Position numbers and translations under genes: made by a program. A DNA stretch of 64,000 nt, from contig OY968769.1 of the NCBI GenBank assembly GCA_963695345.1, positions 1,344,001 through 1,408,000 of the forward strand, given 5' to 3'. The number at the start of each line of letters is the position of its first letter. Positions within the stretch are counted from its first letter, which is position 1. Origin of the DNA: an uncultured Methanomassiliicoccales archaeon. Its GTDB lineage: Archaea; Thermoplasmatota; Thermoplasmata; Methanomassiliicoccales; UBA472. This document shows, one piece after another, positions 63,117 through 64,000 of this stretch. The notes under the pieces are model-generated. The model was not told the DNA's origin. It saw nothing but the letters and a program-made list of their open reading frames with translations, and did no database searches.

Positions 63117-64000
63117 TCAGATGACCTTCATCTTGCCCAGGACCGGTTCATATACCAGACCTTTGTCCAGGAGCGAGTTCGATATCTCATCCAGCTCCTC
63201 CCGTTCGATGCCAGATTTCTTCGCCTCGGCCACGATATCGTCCCAGGGCGCGCCTTTGCCGCCCTTGTCCAGCTGCTCCACCAAGGCCAGGACCACCTTC
63301 TCCTTGTCCTCTTGGGTCTGTTGCGCCTCAGGGTCCGTGACCACCTCGTCATCTATCTCCTCCGGCGCCTCGCTGTCCATGTCTGGCACATCCATGCCGG
63401 TGTGGTGTTCCGGCATCAGGAACTTGAGCGCGTCGACCACCATGTTGCGGTAGTTCGTAAGGTCCACCTCTCCGTAGGTCTCGATGCTCTTGACCACTCC
63501 TTCGGCCAGCGCCTGTCCGTATCCGAGTTTGACCAGCTCATCGACGGACGGTGTGGACATCTTCTTGGCCTCCTCCATGGCCGAGATCCGGCGAAGGGTC
63601 GCCTTACAGGTCTCCATCACCCAGTAGTCCCGTAGGGCTATGTCCACCACGGTTATCTTCTCGGGACGGATCGAAACGTACATCGTCCCTTCCTCCGGCG
63701 AATATGTCCTGATCTTGCCTACCACCGCCACGAACTTGGGCGGTTGGATCTTCGAAAGGGCCATGGTTGCCTCGGGTTGATACTGTCCCGAGGACAGGTA
63801 GAACGTGCCCGTTGGATCGGATATCCTGGCCCGCCAGAAGGGTTCGTTCGAGCCGATGTTCTCTATGTCCGTCAGAACGCCCACCACGAACACCCTGTTC
63901 ATCATGGCGCCCAGCGGCGAGACGACGTACGATGGCATCTTCTCGCCCTCTCCCTTGATCTCCACGCGGGAGGAGCTGAACTCCCCGGCGAACACCCTCC
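63117..64000 (-). CDS. RPA-associated/RPA small-subunit-like OB-fold + winged-helix protein (5' end outside the window)
   Basis: NRVFVVGVLT...ARISDPTG...GQYQPEA...FVAVVGK...SIRPE, and C-terminal LLDKGLVYEP. Confidence 0.85.
   Translation of the reverse strand, partial: RVFAGEFSSSRVEIKGEGEKMPSYVVSPLGAMMNRVFVVGVLTDIENIGSNEPFWRARISDPTGTFYLSSGQYQPEATMALSKIQPPKFVAVVGKIRTYSPEEGTMYVSIRPEKITVVDIALRDYWVMETCKATLRRISAMEEAKKMSTPSVDELVKLGYGQALAEGVVKSIETYGEVDLTNYRNMVVDALKFLMPEHHTGMDVPDMDSEAPEEIDDEVVTDPEAQQTQEDKEKVVLALVEQLDKGGKGAPWDDIVAEAKKSGIEREELDEISNSLLDKGLVYEPVLGKMKVI

Overview
64 kb of an archaeal chromosome. GatDE, S17e, S2, RpoK, RqcH, HypE, ThyX, archaeal tRNAs and TATA promoters, plus a GC-rich core with many zinc-ribbon and adhesin-like genes, point by inference to a Methanomassiliicoccales/Thermoplasmata lineage. 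The window holds about 60 mostly housekeeping CDS and four tRNAs: Arg-GCG, Thr-GGT, Val-TAC and Arg-TCG. No rRNA, CRISPR array, integrase or transposase was seen. Points of interest: (i) tRNA-Arg(TCG) is followed by repeated copies of its own 3' end that delimit small, AT-rich, integrase-less cassettes, two carrying related PH-like membrane genes; (ii) a 1.7-kb AT-rich MerR islet is bounded by a duplicated tRNA-Val 3' end; (iii) a K+ channel is fused to a YHS/TRASH metal-binding domain; (iv) a cluster of zinc-ribbon/Pro-rich membrane proteins lies with DUF2085 and an ICMT-family gene; (v) a membrane-anchored ArsR-type regulator is coupled to an exported beta-propeller protein. Twelve frameshifts between 18.9 and 45.8 kb are each repaired by removing one base. 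They are most likely long-read insertion errors, so those genes are listed as probably intact. Family calls come from motif recognition by eye, not from database searches.
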